Below, one piece after another: positions 50,481-64,000 of a stretch of DNA of 64,000 nucleotides (the first letter of the stretch is position 1; every line of letters begins with the position of its first letter). A program made the translations under genes and the position numbers. Below the pieces are notes generated by a model. It was not told the origin of the DNA. It searched no databases and worked only from the letters and a program-made list of their open reading frames with translations. The DNA comes from Eledone cirrhosa (lineage: Eukaryota): the NCBI GenBank assembly GCA_964016885.1, contig OZ024761.1, positions 29,636,001 through 29,700,000 on the forward strand. Reading direction: 5' to 3'.

Positions 50481-51572
50481 GGAAGGGAAAAAACCTACAG
50501 ATCTCCCACTTTTCTTTTGCCTATGTTAGAAACCCTTACAACCCAAATAAACCACAGGTTTATTTTTTTAAGGCATTTCCCTTGCTAAATCAGGGGTTAG
50601 CTTTGTGACGCCCCGTAGTAAGTTTTACACTGACAAAGGGGGGCCCTTTCTGAGGTGATGTTTGACAACTGGGAGCCCTTCCTAGTGCTTTTTGATCCAC
50701 TTTACAACTCACAGGGATAAGAAAAAATTTCATAATCACCATCATTACCACCACCATCAATCCCACCAAAACACCCACCACCACCGAAAACACCACCATC
50801 AGAAAATAGCTAGAAAATAGCTCCCTGAACTTTTCCCACTCTGTTCTTATTCTGGCTACAAGGTCTCCCCCCGCAACCAACAAACTGTCAACCATATCTG
50901 TTCATTCATCAAACTAATAATTAAGGAAATTAATTCAAAGCAGAATTAGTTTCCTAAATTATTCATTCTTTTAATGAATGGATTTTGTCCCGAAATATAA
51001 GAACCAATAAACAATATCCTAACATTTTTGTTATCATCATATTTTTAACAATTAATGTCCAAATTTGCTTTGTGGTAGCCTTCTAATAAAATACTATTTT
51101 CTACACTTTACACAATGCTTCAAGCAACCTACAACACTTTATATATATATATAACAATGATGATGATATATATATATACTTTATTATGGCTAAGTGGTGA
51201 GTCTTGTTACTCTGGAGTTTTACCTGTGCACTCACAGTCTCATCATCAGACAAGACTCCCCATATTCAGGCTGTGAAACTCTATTTGTATGTGTGTGTAT
51301 ATATGTATGTGTGCTTTTTTTATTCTTTTCATAATTTTGGCAGGGTTTTTCTGACTGGCTGCTCTTCCTATCATCAACCATTTTACAGCATGCACTAGGT
51401 GCATTTATCAATGCCACCAATACTAGAAAGGTTGTCTTACTAATCTCAAGGGTCCTTTCCACCCTGTATCAGTTTTATTTAGAGTTTCTGATCTACAAGA
51501 TGGATTGCCTCCACTATGGCTCATGGGGTCTACACCTCTGTGTGTATGTATATATATATATATACTATATAC

Positions 51573-51630
<58 letters not shown>

Positions 51631-51934
51631 TAAAATAACAGATTAAAGTTTAATGGTGGGTGTGTGTATATGTGTACTTCTTGTTTTAGTTGACTTACGT
51701 CTCCGAACATTCGTGTATTTATTTGTAGGTATGTGTGTGCGCTTGTTATATACGTATTTATTTACTTATATACGTTTATATAATTATTTATTTATTTGTA
51801 CACAAGCATACACACACACACATATTTATATGTGTGTGGTTTCGTATACCTATGGTAAGGTTTTGCGGATGCTTGTGTATGTACGTATCTGTTTGCGTGT
51901 ATGTATTTATACATATATATATATAAATATATAC

Positions 51935-52037
<103 letters not shown>

Positions 52038-52047
52038 TATACATATA

Positions 52048-52079
<32 letters not shown>

Positions 52080-52113
52080 GATAGATATATATATATATAC
52101 ATATATATATATA

Positions 52114-53410
52114 TCATCATCATCATCATCATCCTCGTTTAATGTCCACTTTCCACGCTAGCATGGGTTAGACGAGAGTTGTCCCACTTGAGGCAAGGTT
52201 GGCCGGGTGACCGTGTCTCGCTCATATAGGACTATCTGGCAGGTTTTCTACGGCTGGGGCCCTTCGTAACACCAACCCCATTTACAGTGTGGAACTGGGA
52301 ACTTTTTACCGTGCTACCTACATGGCCACAATACAGCGTGGGCTGTGTGTTTTTTTTTTCTTGTGACACCTACACGATCTCGATCTCATTTATCTCATTT
52401 ATTTGGACTGGATGTTGTGGTACCAACTTTATAGAGAGGGGGTGGTGTTGGTGGGAGTGGGAGGATAGGGTAGGGGTAGTGGATTAGGGTGTATATTTGG
52501 TTAAGAGGTACCTACTGACTGTAGATTTCGCTTTGTACATAGCAAGGCGGGCCTTACTGTATTACTGCGTAGCGCCAAAGATCTCGGTCCAGTGACATTG
52601 TGTTAGAGAGGTGCAAGTGTGTAAGGTCGGAATTTATCAGATTGTCCCAGGTTTTTCTGAGTCTACCTACTCCGTAACTACCATCAATTTTGATCGCCCT
52701 GCACTTTTTCATATACAGCTGTCGTCTTTCATGCGCATCACGTGGCCATACCAACATAGTCTTCTCTCGAGTAAACAGCATCTGATCCCTCTTATTCCTA
52801 ATTTCTCACTTAGTTCATTTATGCTTTGCCGTTCACGTATGTTACTATTACACATCCAACGGAGCATGCATGCTTCGTTCCTTTCCAGTCTACGCAGGTC
52901 CTCTGCACGTAATGCCCATGTCTCACTGCCATGTAGCATTGCTGTTCGTATACAGACATCATACAGCCTGCCTTTTATTTTTAGAGAGAAACCATTTGTG
53001 GCCAACAGCGGTATAAGCTCTCTGAACTTTTTCCATCCCTTTCTGACTCTGGCTACTGTACTTTCAGAACACCCTCCACCACTGCTGATTTCGTCACCCA
53101 GGTAGCGGAAAGTGTCTACTATTTCTATAGAACCATCTGGGCAATAGAAGGGGCTAGTATCCTGTGGGTACTTGCTACTTATCGCACCTGAGCATCGGCC
53201 ATATATAAAGTCTACGTTCTTAGATAGTTTAGCTGTGATCCCACTACATCTTTTATGTACCCATACTTTGCATTTGGGACATAAAATTGAATTTCTGCCT
53301 ATTCCTTTCCTACACACTGAGCATGGCCATCTCCCTGAAGGTACCTGTGCCTTATTTTCCTTTCTACAAACTAGGACTTTAGTCTTAGACAAGTTAACTT
53401 TAAGGCCTTT
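52114..53410 (-). mobile_element. RTE LINE 3' fragment with PHD-like finger
   Basis: GLKVNLSKTK, WPCSVCRKG..CPKCKVWVHKRC, FRYLGD, MLHGSETW. Confidence 0.92.
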
Positions 53411-53764
53411 TGATATATATATCATCATTCATCATCATTTCATTTTACGTCCCCTTTTCCCTGCTTGCAAGGGTGGGACGGGAACTGATTCTGGCTTGAT
53501 TTCTACAGCTGGATGCCCTTCCTAACACCAACCTCATTTACAGTGAGTGCTGAGTGCTTTTTTGCCGTGGCACCTCCACGACCACTTTGCAGTGGAATGA
53601 TATGGACCCCAGTCCCTATCATCTCATTTCTACAGCTGAGTAAACTGGAGCAATGTGAAATAAAGTGTCTTGCTCAAGGAAACAACACATCACCCGGTCT
53701 GAGAATTGAACTCACAACCTTTCGATTGCAAGGCCAATGCTCTAACCACTAAGCCATGTGCCTC

Positions 53765-55190
<1,426 letters not shown>

Positions 55191-55195
55191 CATCA

Positions 55196-55238
55196 GTCAC
55201 TGAAGAGGTCACAGAATGTGTGACGAAAGAACTTTGAC
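55196..55238 (+). ncRNA. Minimal hammerhead-like motif
   Basis: GTCA-CTGAAGA-G-(GTCACA/TGTGAC)-GAAA-GAAC-TT-TGAC. Confidence 0.55.
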
Positions 55239-55416
55239 AATATATGAACAATCATCTGGTTGTGGAATTAACCAACCAACCGGAAATTTATAAATTCCTG
55301 AATTTATAAATTTAATTTATAATAAATTGAAGTGAAAGCAACTGGTGCGTGTGTTTCTTATTGGCAACATGACCCTCCCAAAGCATAACAATATATACAT
55401 ACAAATATATATATAC

Positions 55417-55447
<31 letters not shown>

Positions 55448-55450
55448 TAT

Positions 55451-56114
55451 TAGAGGGATCAGATACTGTTTACTTGAGAGAAGACTACGTTGGTATGGTC
55501 ATGTGATGCGCATGAAAGGCGACAGCTGTATGAAAAGTGCAGGGCGATCAACATTGACGCTAGTTACGGAGTAGGCAGACCCAGAAAAAAGTGGGACGAT
55601 TTGATAAATTCCGACCTTACACACTTACACCTCTCTAAGACAATGTCACTGGACCGAGATTTTTGGCGCTACGCAGTAATACAGAAAACCCGCCTTGCCT
55701 AAATACAACGCGAAATCTACAGTCAGTAGGCACCTCTTAATCAAATATACGCCCCCTTCCCACTACCCCACCCCCATCAACAGCACCCCTTTCTCTGTAA
55801 AGTTATCTTGGTACCACAACATCCAGTCCTAAATAAATGAGGTCGTGTAGGTGTCACGACAAAAAGACACACAGTCCACGCTGTAATGTGGCCGTGTAGG
55901 TAACACGGTAAAAACCTTCCAGTCCACACTGTAAACGTGGTTGATGTTAGGAAGGGCATCCAACCGTAGAAAACCTGCCAGACAGTCCTGCACGAGCGAG
56001 ACATGGTGACCCGACCAATCTTGCCTCAAGTAGGACAATTCCCCTCTAAACCCATGCTAGCGTGGAAGATAGACGTTAAACGATGATGATGATGATGATG
56101 ATAGTGATGATATA

Positions 56115-56161
<47 letters not shown>

Positions 56162-56495
56162 AGGTCGTGTAGGTGTCACGACAAAAAACACACAGTCCAT
56201 GCTGTAATGTGGCCGTGTAGGTAACACGTAAAAACCTCCCAGTCCACACTGTAAACGTGGTTGGTGTTAGGAAGGGCATCCAGCCGTAGAAAACCCGCCA
56301 GACGTGTAGGTGTCATGACAAAAAAAAACACAGTCCACGCTGTAATGTGGCCGTGTAGGTAACACGGTAAAAACCTCCCAGTCCACACTGTAAACGTGGT
56401 TGGTGTTAGGAAGGGCATCCACCCGTAGAAAACCTGCCAGACAGTCTAAACCCATGCAAGCGTGGAAGATGGACGTTAAACGATGATGATGATGA
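55451..56495 (+). mobile_element. RTE 3' end followed by further partial 3' UTR copies
   Basis: RLRWYGHV remnant, repeated UTR blocks, (GAT)n tails. Confidence 0.85.
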
Positions 56496-56804
56496 TGTGT
56501 GTGTGTGTGTGTATATATATTTTTATGTGTGTGTGTGTGTGTGTATGTATATTTGTATTTATATTGTTCAGCTATCCATTTTGGAGAAGAATGTAAATTA
56601 TTTTCCTTCTGTTTCAATTTTATATTAAAAAAAAAAAATGAACAGTAATAAATCCTTTATTATTTATATATAAATAAAAATGTTTAAATAACCTAATTGT
56701 GTATTAAACTTTCTGTTGATATTTAGTTTGTTTATTTATTCTTCTTATTTCTGCACAGAGTAGAATATGAAACATTGTGAATGTATTTCATGTGGTATTT
56801 GAGA

Positions 56805-58705
56805 AATATTCCATGAAGGGTTGGTGGGAGGTGAAGGTCAAGGATTTCATGAAGGGTTGATGAGATTGTTGGTTGGTTAGGAGTCAAGGATTTCATGAAG
56901 GGTTGATGAGGTTGTTGGTTGGTTAGGGGTCAAGGATTTCATGAAGGGTTGATGAGATTGTTGGTTGGTTAGGATTCAAGGATTTCATGAAGGGTTGATG
57001 AGGTTGTTGGTTGGTTAGGGGTCAAGGATTTCATGAAGCGTTGATGAGATTGTTGGTTGGTTAGGAGTCAATGATTTCATGAAGGGTTGATGAGATTGTT
57101 GGTTGGTTAGGGGTCAAGGATTTCATGAAGGGTTGATGAGATTGTTGGTTGGTTAGGAGGTCAAGGATTTCATGAAGGGTTGATGAGGTTGTTGGTTGGT
57201 TAGGGGTCAAGGATTTCATGAAGGGTTGATGAGGTTGTTGGTTGGTTAGGAGGTCAAGGATTTCATGAAGGGTTAATGAGGTTGTTGGTTGGTTAGGGGT
57301 CAAGGATTTCATGAAGGGTTGATGAGATTGTTGGTTGGTTAGGAGGTCAAGGATTTCATGAAGGGTTGATGAGATTGTTGGTTGGTTAGGAGGTCAAGGA
57401 TTTCATGAAGGGTTGATGTGGTTGTTGGTTGGTTAGGGGTCAAGGATTTCATGAAGGGTTGATGAGATTGTTGGTTGGTTAGGAGGTCAAGGATTTCATG
57501 AAGGGTTGATGAGGTTGTTGGTTGGTTAGGGGTCAAGGATTTCATGAAGGGTTGATGAGGTTGTTGGTTGGTTAGGGGTCAAGGATTTCATGAAGGGTTG
57601 ATGAGGTTGTTGGTTGGTTAGGGGTCAAGGATTTCATGAAGGGTTGATGAGGTTGTTGGTTGGTTAGGGGTCAAGGATTTCATGAAGGGTTGATGAGATT
57701 GTTGGTTGGTTAGGAGTCAAGGATTTCATGAAGGGTTGATGAGGTTGTTGGTTGATTAGGGGTCAAGGATTTCATGAAGGGTTGATGAGGTTGTTGGTTG
57801 GTTAGGGGTCAAGGATTTCATGAAGGGTTGATGAGGTTGTTGGTTGGTTAGGGGTCAAGGATTTCATGAAGGGTTGATGAGATTGTTGGTTGGTTAGGAG
57901 GTCAAGGATTTCATGAAGGGTTGATGAGGTTGTTGGTTGGTTAGGGGTCAAGGATTTCATGAAGGGTTGATGAGGTTGTTGGTTGGTTAGGGGTCAAGGA
58001 TTTCATGAAGGGTTGATGAGATTGTTGGTTGGTTAGGGGTCAAGGATTTCATGAAGGGTTGATGAGATTGTTGGTTGGTTAGGAGTCAAGGATTTCATGA
58101 AGGGTTGATGAGGTTGTTGGTTGATTAGGGGTCAAGGATTTCATGAAGGGTTGATGAGATTGTTGGTTGGTTAGGAGTCAAGGATTTCATGAAGGGTTGA
58201 TGAGGTTGTTGGTTGATTAGGAGTCAAGGATTTCATGAAGGGTTGATGAGGTTGTTGGTTGGTTAGGGGTCAAGGATTTCATGAAGGGTTGATGAGATTG
58301 TTGGTTGGTTAGGAGTCAAGGATTTCATGAAGGGTTGATGAGGTTGTTGGTTGGTTAGGGGTCAAGGATTTCATGAAGGGTTGATGAGATTGTTGGTTGG
58401 TTAGGAGTCAAGGATTTCATGAAGGGTTGATGAGGTTGTTGGTTGGTTAGGAGGTCAAGGATTTCATGAAGGGTTGATGAGGTTGTTGGTTGGTTAGGGG
58501 TCAAGGATTTCATGAAGGGTTGATGAGGTTGTTGGTTGGTTAGGGGTCAAGGATTTCATGAAGGGTTGATGAGGTTGTTGGTTGGTTAGGGGTCAAGGAT
58601 TTCATGAAGGGTTGATGAGATTGATGGTTGGTTAGGAGTCAATGATTTCATAAAGGGTTGATGAGGTTGTTGGTTGGTTAGGGGTCAAGGATTTCATGAA
58701 GGATT
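56805..58705. repeat. Minisatellite, 46-47 bp unit, about 40 copies
   Basis: ggatttcatgaagggttgatgaggttgttggttggttaggggtcaa. Confidence 0.97.
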
Positions 58706-59099
58706 GATGAAGGGTCAAATAATTGTTTCTATTTTAGGCACAAGGCCAGTAATTTGGGAGGAGGGGAAAATCGATTAAATCGACCCCAGTACGTTACTGG
58801 TGCTTTATTTGAACTCAGACTGTAAAGGACCGTAACTCTATGCTGTAAAGCATGGTGTCCGATACTACCAAATCCACCGCCTTTACTACTAATAATAATT
58901 GTTTCTGAGCATTTCTGTGTGTAAAGAAAAAAAAACATAGGAAATGACAAAAAAAGAAACAAAGGAAAATTCCCTAATAGGGGGGAGACTTCCGAGGGAC
59001 ACTCGTGGAGAAAGCCCATTAAAAAAGCCACGGCGACCCTGATCACCAGGGCAAGTACCCTCTCCCAGTTTTCTACCTTCAATTTACAGGCGCATAATA

Positions 59100-59540
59100 A
59101 TAATGAAATTATAGTACAGCGTTCAGGTACACAACAACTCATCAAAGGTGCATGTATAGTACATAGAATAATGTACAAATTTCAAGAAAGTGAATAGTGT
59201 ATGAGTCATGATATACCCACAGATATATGCGTGAGTGTGTATGGAGGTGGAATATCAGGTGGTGTTGGTGAATTTCGGGAAGCATGGAGGTTTTAAAGGA
59301 TGCCGTGTCTCAGCAGCTAACAACTGATGCAAGTACTTTGTTCAATGCTTCAGCAATTCTGAGCATGCAAAAATGTTTCCAAAAGTCATGGGAGCTGTGC
59401 TGTTTTTTTACTTTATAGGCATGCCCACGGGTGTTAGACACATGGAATTCAAAAAGGTGCTCAGGGTTGTTGTTGGCAAGATGGTTAATAATCTTGTGGG
59501 TATTTTTTCATTGTGGTCTAAGAAGTTTGTGCCTCCTGTA
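59100..59540 (-). mobile_element. CR1-like LINE 3' remnant; related fragment at about 31240-31465
   Basis: Minus translation HFCMLRIAEALNKVLASVVSC*DTASFKTSML resembles a CR1 C-terminus. Confidence 0.6.
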
Positions 59541-62500
59541 CTACCCCCACGATGGCTAGCATCCCTTTCCCTTTCTTTCATAGGAAGAGCCCTTTTAAAA
59601 ATAATAAGAATGTAGAAAATATTCAAGAAGTAACGTTATTTTGTCCACTCCAACAACGTAAAACGGGTGGATATTCATATGTACCCTTAGTGTAATGATC
59701 TCCGAAAAATTAATGAAGTTTGAACACGACTATCCGACAAAGTTTTATGTCTAAATACACTCAACCTCCGGTAAACACAACAATAACAATAATAACAATG
59801 TGACATACCTTGAATGTTGGCTTCAATTAATTCATGTTGTAATTATTTACTCTCTGGTCTCGAATAATCGCCTCTCCCGCTTGTTAATTTTTCAGATTAT
59901 TTCAACCCCACCGCTTATTAAAGTTTGCTAATCTATCTCCGGTGAAATTTTATTTTAAGTGGTAGCATTCCTGCGACAATTAAATTTCTTTAGACATTAA
60001 AAAGTACATTACTAGTAATCCCATACGTTATAAAATAAATAGGATGTGTTGGGGTTCTCAATATGTAAACTAAACGACTTATTCTCGTTTTTTTTTTAAT
60101 CAACGGAGGCAACCTAGAAAAATTACCGATTTTCCACCCACCCATTCTGCTCCCGCTTATACCAAGCCCCCAGCTTATTCCACCCACCCCCATTATTTGG
60201 GACCTAAGAGAAAGTCCTTACACGACAACCCGATTCTGCCACAGAGTTTTATATCGAAATACACTCGCTCCGCTGTAAACACAATAACAACAACAATAAT
60301 AAGAGTGTTTAAGTTTGCTTGAAGGATTGTGGAATATGAAAAATGGTCGTTTTGGAAGCCTCTACAATGTAGAGGAGTATATCTTAGGGTAACAAAATCG
60401 GGTGGCAGTAGGAAGAAGGGGAAAAAAACGTAGAAAGAAACTACCACCTGATTTTGTTACCTTGCATTGTAGAGGCTTCCAATAATAATGTAACATTCCT
60501 TAAATATTGATTTCAATTAATTTAAGTTGTACTTTATATACATCTACACTACATGTATAAATCGATATTCAATACCAAATTTCAATGGAAAATTCTTTCT
60601 TGGGGAGAGACAGACTTGCATGTTCTAATTACAATCCAAGGGCAATAACTCTGGTTTATCATGTCGTATCCGGGGCTAGGTGGGGGTTATAAAATGAACG
60701 TGTTACACATTGTTTCTAGTTTGATAAACCACTCAATGGTGGATAGACAAATACATTGGTAGGTAATAAGGAATAGTGTATGGATGTTTAGTTAGACAGA
60801 CAGGTAGGTCTGTTAGTTCAGTTGTGGATATATGTGGGTTTATATAGTTTTTTTTTTTTTTTATTATTATATCTAGCTGTCGAAACGGCCGGTCCTCATC
60901 CATGAATCTTTTCATATATATATATATATATTAGAAAGAGACGGGGCCCGACGCTGGGCTCTTGCTGTAATATATATACGTGTGTGTATATAATATATAT
61001 ATATTTATGTGTATATCTTAGTTTGGTGTAGTGTAGTGTTAGTATGTCTAAGGTTTAAATTGAGGAGGAGTACAATGGTTTTCTATTTTAAGGTGTGTTT
61101 AATGTAGATGTAATATATTTGTGGAGGGTTTAATATATTGTCTGCTTTAATGAATTGTATTTTTCTGTGCTGTTTAGTTTATTAACATGGATATTGCATG
61201 GTCATGTAACTCCTGAGGGAATCGACGAGGCGTCGTATTCACATACGGCGTTTCTAGTGCATATTTAAACCTGGCGGAGCTCATCTTCTCTCCAGTCGTG
61301 AATACAGCAGATTTCTTCCAGAGAAAGGTAGATAGTGAGATGGAGATATAGAGGAAGAATCGACCCTAATACTTGACTGGTACTTTTTTTTTATCGACCC
61401 AATAGGTATGAAAGGCAAAGCTAACCTCGACAGGATTTGAACTCAGAACGTAAAGGGCTGTAACTACATGCTGTGAAGGTGTCCGACGCTCTTCCTTTAC
61501 TGCCAATCCACCGCCATAATAATTGTTTATATTTTAGGCACAAGGCCAGCAATTTGGAGGAGGAGAAAGTCGATTAAATCGACCCCAGTGTATTACAGGT
61601 GCTTTATTTTATTGACTCTGTAAGGATGAAAGGCAAAGCTAACCTCGGCGGGATCTGAACATAAAGAGCTGCAGCCCTCAATAATAATAAATCTGTTTGG
61701 ACATCAATTTGAAACCGTACTCTGCATCATACGTTATATTATAATCTATGATATATAATATACAGGGCAGTGGATTGGCAGAATCGGTAGAGCACCGGAC
61801 AAATTGCTTCATGGTTAAAGCTCTTCACATTCTGAATATACGTAAATCCCGCCGAAGTCAATGCCACCTTTCATCCTCCCTCGGGATTCTATAAAATAAA
61901 GTACCAGTCATGTGCTGAGGTCGATATAATAGACTTTCACCTTCATCTAAATTGTTGGCCTAATATTAGAAAGAACTGATGTTAAACCTCCGAACAGCCT
62001 CAGCACCAAGCCACGTCCCTTCACATTAGAAAGAATTATATATTATGTATGCCATTAAAATGAACTGTACAAGGGAGGCAACACTTTATTAGTAGTTTGG
62101 CAGGATTTTCATTAGAGTTGCCCAGTACAACACGTACTTGGTTGTACGTGCCATGACTTAGGCAAAGGCTTTAGGGTGCCCATATAGTCACAAACATCCT
62201 CAACTCTTTAATCTAGGATATAACAGTATCAGTACTTTCTTTATCAACCTCTGTGCAGTGGTTTCTGCAAGGGAGTGTCTGGGGTTCCATGAAAAAAGGT
62301 AGAGGTGTTTATTTATATAACGACCCTATAAAAATATTAGAATTCGTGGTTTCCCCCAAAGGGTTCTGCATTTGAAAAAGTTTGGGAAACCTGATCTAGT
62401 GAAATATCCAGGATGTGACAGCTGGGAGGTAAGTGAGAAGACTACTAGCACTGGTATAGTACTTCAACCTCGAAAAGGGCTTTAGGTGCTCATGATATTA

Positions 62501-63710
62501 CCAACATCTTTATAATCCTCCCTTTGATCTAGTGGAACATCTATGATAGCTGGAATGAAAGAAGGCTGTACCATTACTGGTCTGGTACTCTCTTTATCAA
62601 CCTCAAAGAGGTCTTTATGTGCTCATGGTGTCACCAACACCCTTACATCTGGGATATAACTGAAATGAGAGAAGGCTGTACCAGCACTGGTCTAGTACTT
62701 CCTTTATCGACCTCTGAAAAGGGCTTTTGAGTGCCCATATAATCACACCCTTATTTCATGGATCTATTGATACATCCAAGATATGAAAGCTGGGAGGTGG
62801 ATGAGGCTGTACCAGCATTGATCTGGTACTTTATTGACCCTCCAAAATGATTAAAGTTAAACTGGAACACAAGATATATCCCTGTCCATATTTCTCAGAT
62901 TATCTAATGTTTCTGCTTATCTTTGCTATTTCTCACTCCAGTGTGAACCAGTCTCAACTCACCATATATCCTCTTTTGTTAATAGTAGACAATACTTCTT
63001 TGTCATACCACATTATACTTACCATTATCCTCTTTGGTTAGTTCATAGGACACAGCTCTTCTGTTGTCATACCACCTTGTACTCACCATTATTTATCCTT
63101 TGGTTAGTTCATAATACACAACTCTGTTGTTATACCACCAGTGGTGTATCACCAGCTTGTACACCAAAAAAAAAAAAAAAAAAAAATCAATGTCTACAGT
63201 CCATGTAATACACGACCACTGATGGCATATCGTTACCTTTTATTTCAATATCAATGCCCTCAATCCTTGTAATACACCACCACTGATGGTGTCTGGTATA
63301 TTATCACCATGTACTAAACCACCATTGGTGGTGTATTACTAGCTTGCACTATACGACCACTGATGGTATATCACTACCTTGTTCTTCAACATCAATGCTG
63401 TCCTTGTACTACACCAACACTAGTGATATATCCCACCTTGTATTACACCACCTGATGTTCTCAGTTCTTGTACTACACCAACATTGATAGCGTATCGCCA
63501 TCTTGTATTACACAACCAATAAAGGTGTGTCACTTGCTATTCCGAACTCTCAACACCAATCTACATACATCCCCTGGGTAATATACCCACTCTCCACTCC
63601 TCAGGCTCATGACAGCATCTATCAAGACAGTTGTTCAACCTACAAGCATTAGAAATCAAATCCTTATTAACTCTTACATCTTGTAATAAATTAGCAGAAA
63701 ATATCTATAA

Positions 63711-63906
63711 CCCTTTAGCCATATCCAGCCAGAATTCTCTCTTCTCGTTCTGTTCAAACTGGTTATAAGCAGCTACTCATATTGACATTAAGGTATTGTT
63801 CTCAAAATAAATAACATCAAAATCTCATAGATTAGATATTACGTGAGATGAAGCCTTTACTGCAAAAATACAATAGTAAATATAGAGTAATATAAATGTT
63901 AAAGGG
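63711..63906 (-). mobile_element. piggyBac-like MITE, same family
   Basis: CCCTTTA/TAAAGGG termini, ATAA on both flanks, reverse orientation. Confidence 0.75.
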
Positions 63907-64000
63907 ATAAAACATGTTTGTTAATTCAAATTACTCTATCGTGTTCCAGCCAACAGGCTACGGCCATGCTGGGGCACCGCCAATGTTCATAATACCTTTA

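Overview
AT-rich, microsatellite-dense animal DNA. The repeat families (RTE LINEs with (ATG)n tails, tRNA-derived SINEs, long (TA)n/(TACA)n tracts) suggest an octopus-like cephalopod; this is inference. Most ORFs in the supplied track are translated microsatellites. One real gene can be rebuilt on the + strand: an NCLX/SLC8B1-type cation/Ca2+ exchanger with 15 phase-consistent coding exons (28051-49929, 537 aa), the N-terminal exon(s) not securely located, and two U12-type introns. Main observations: (1) a 1378-bp inverted copy, with no difference I could find, of one exon and its flanking introns lies about 28 kb upstream; (2) many Penelope-type hammerhead-ribozyme motifs occur, some sense within introns, and several fold-back palindromes are centred on their stems; (3) Penelope-like RT and GIY-YIG fragments are present; (4) several minisatellites appear seeded from splice sites and SINE heads.
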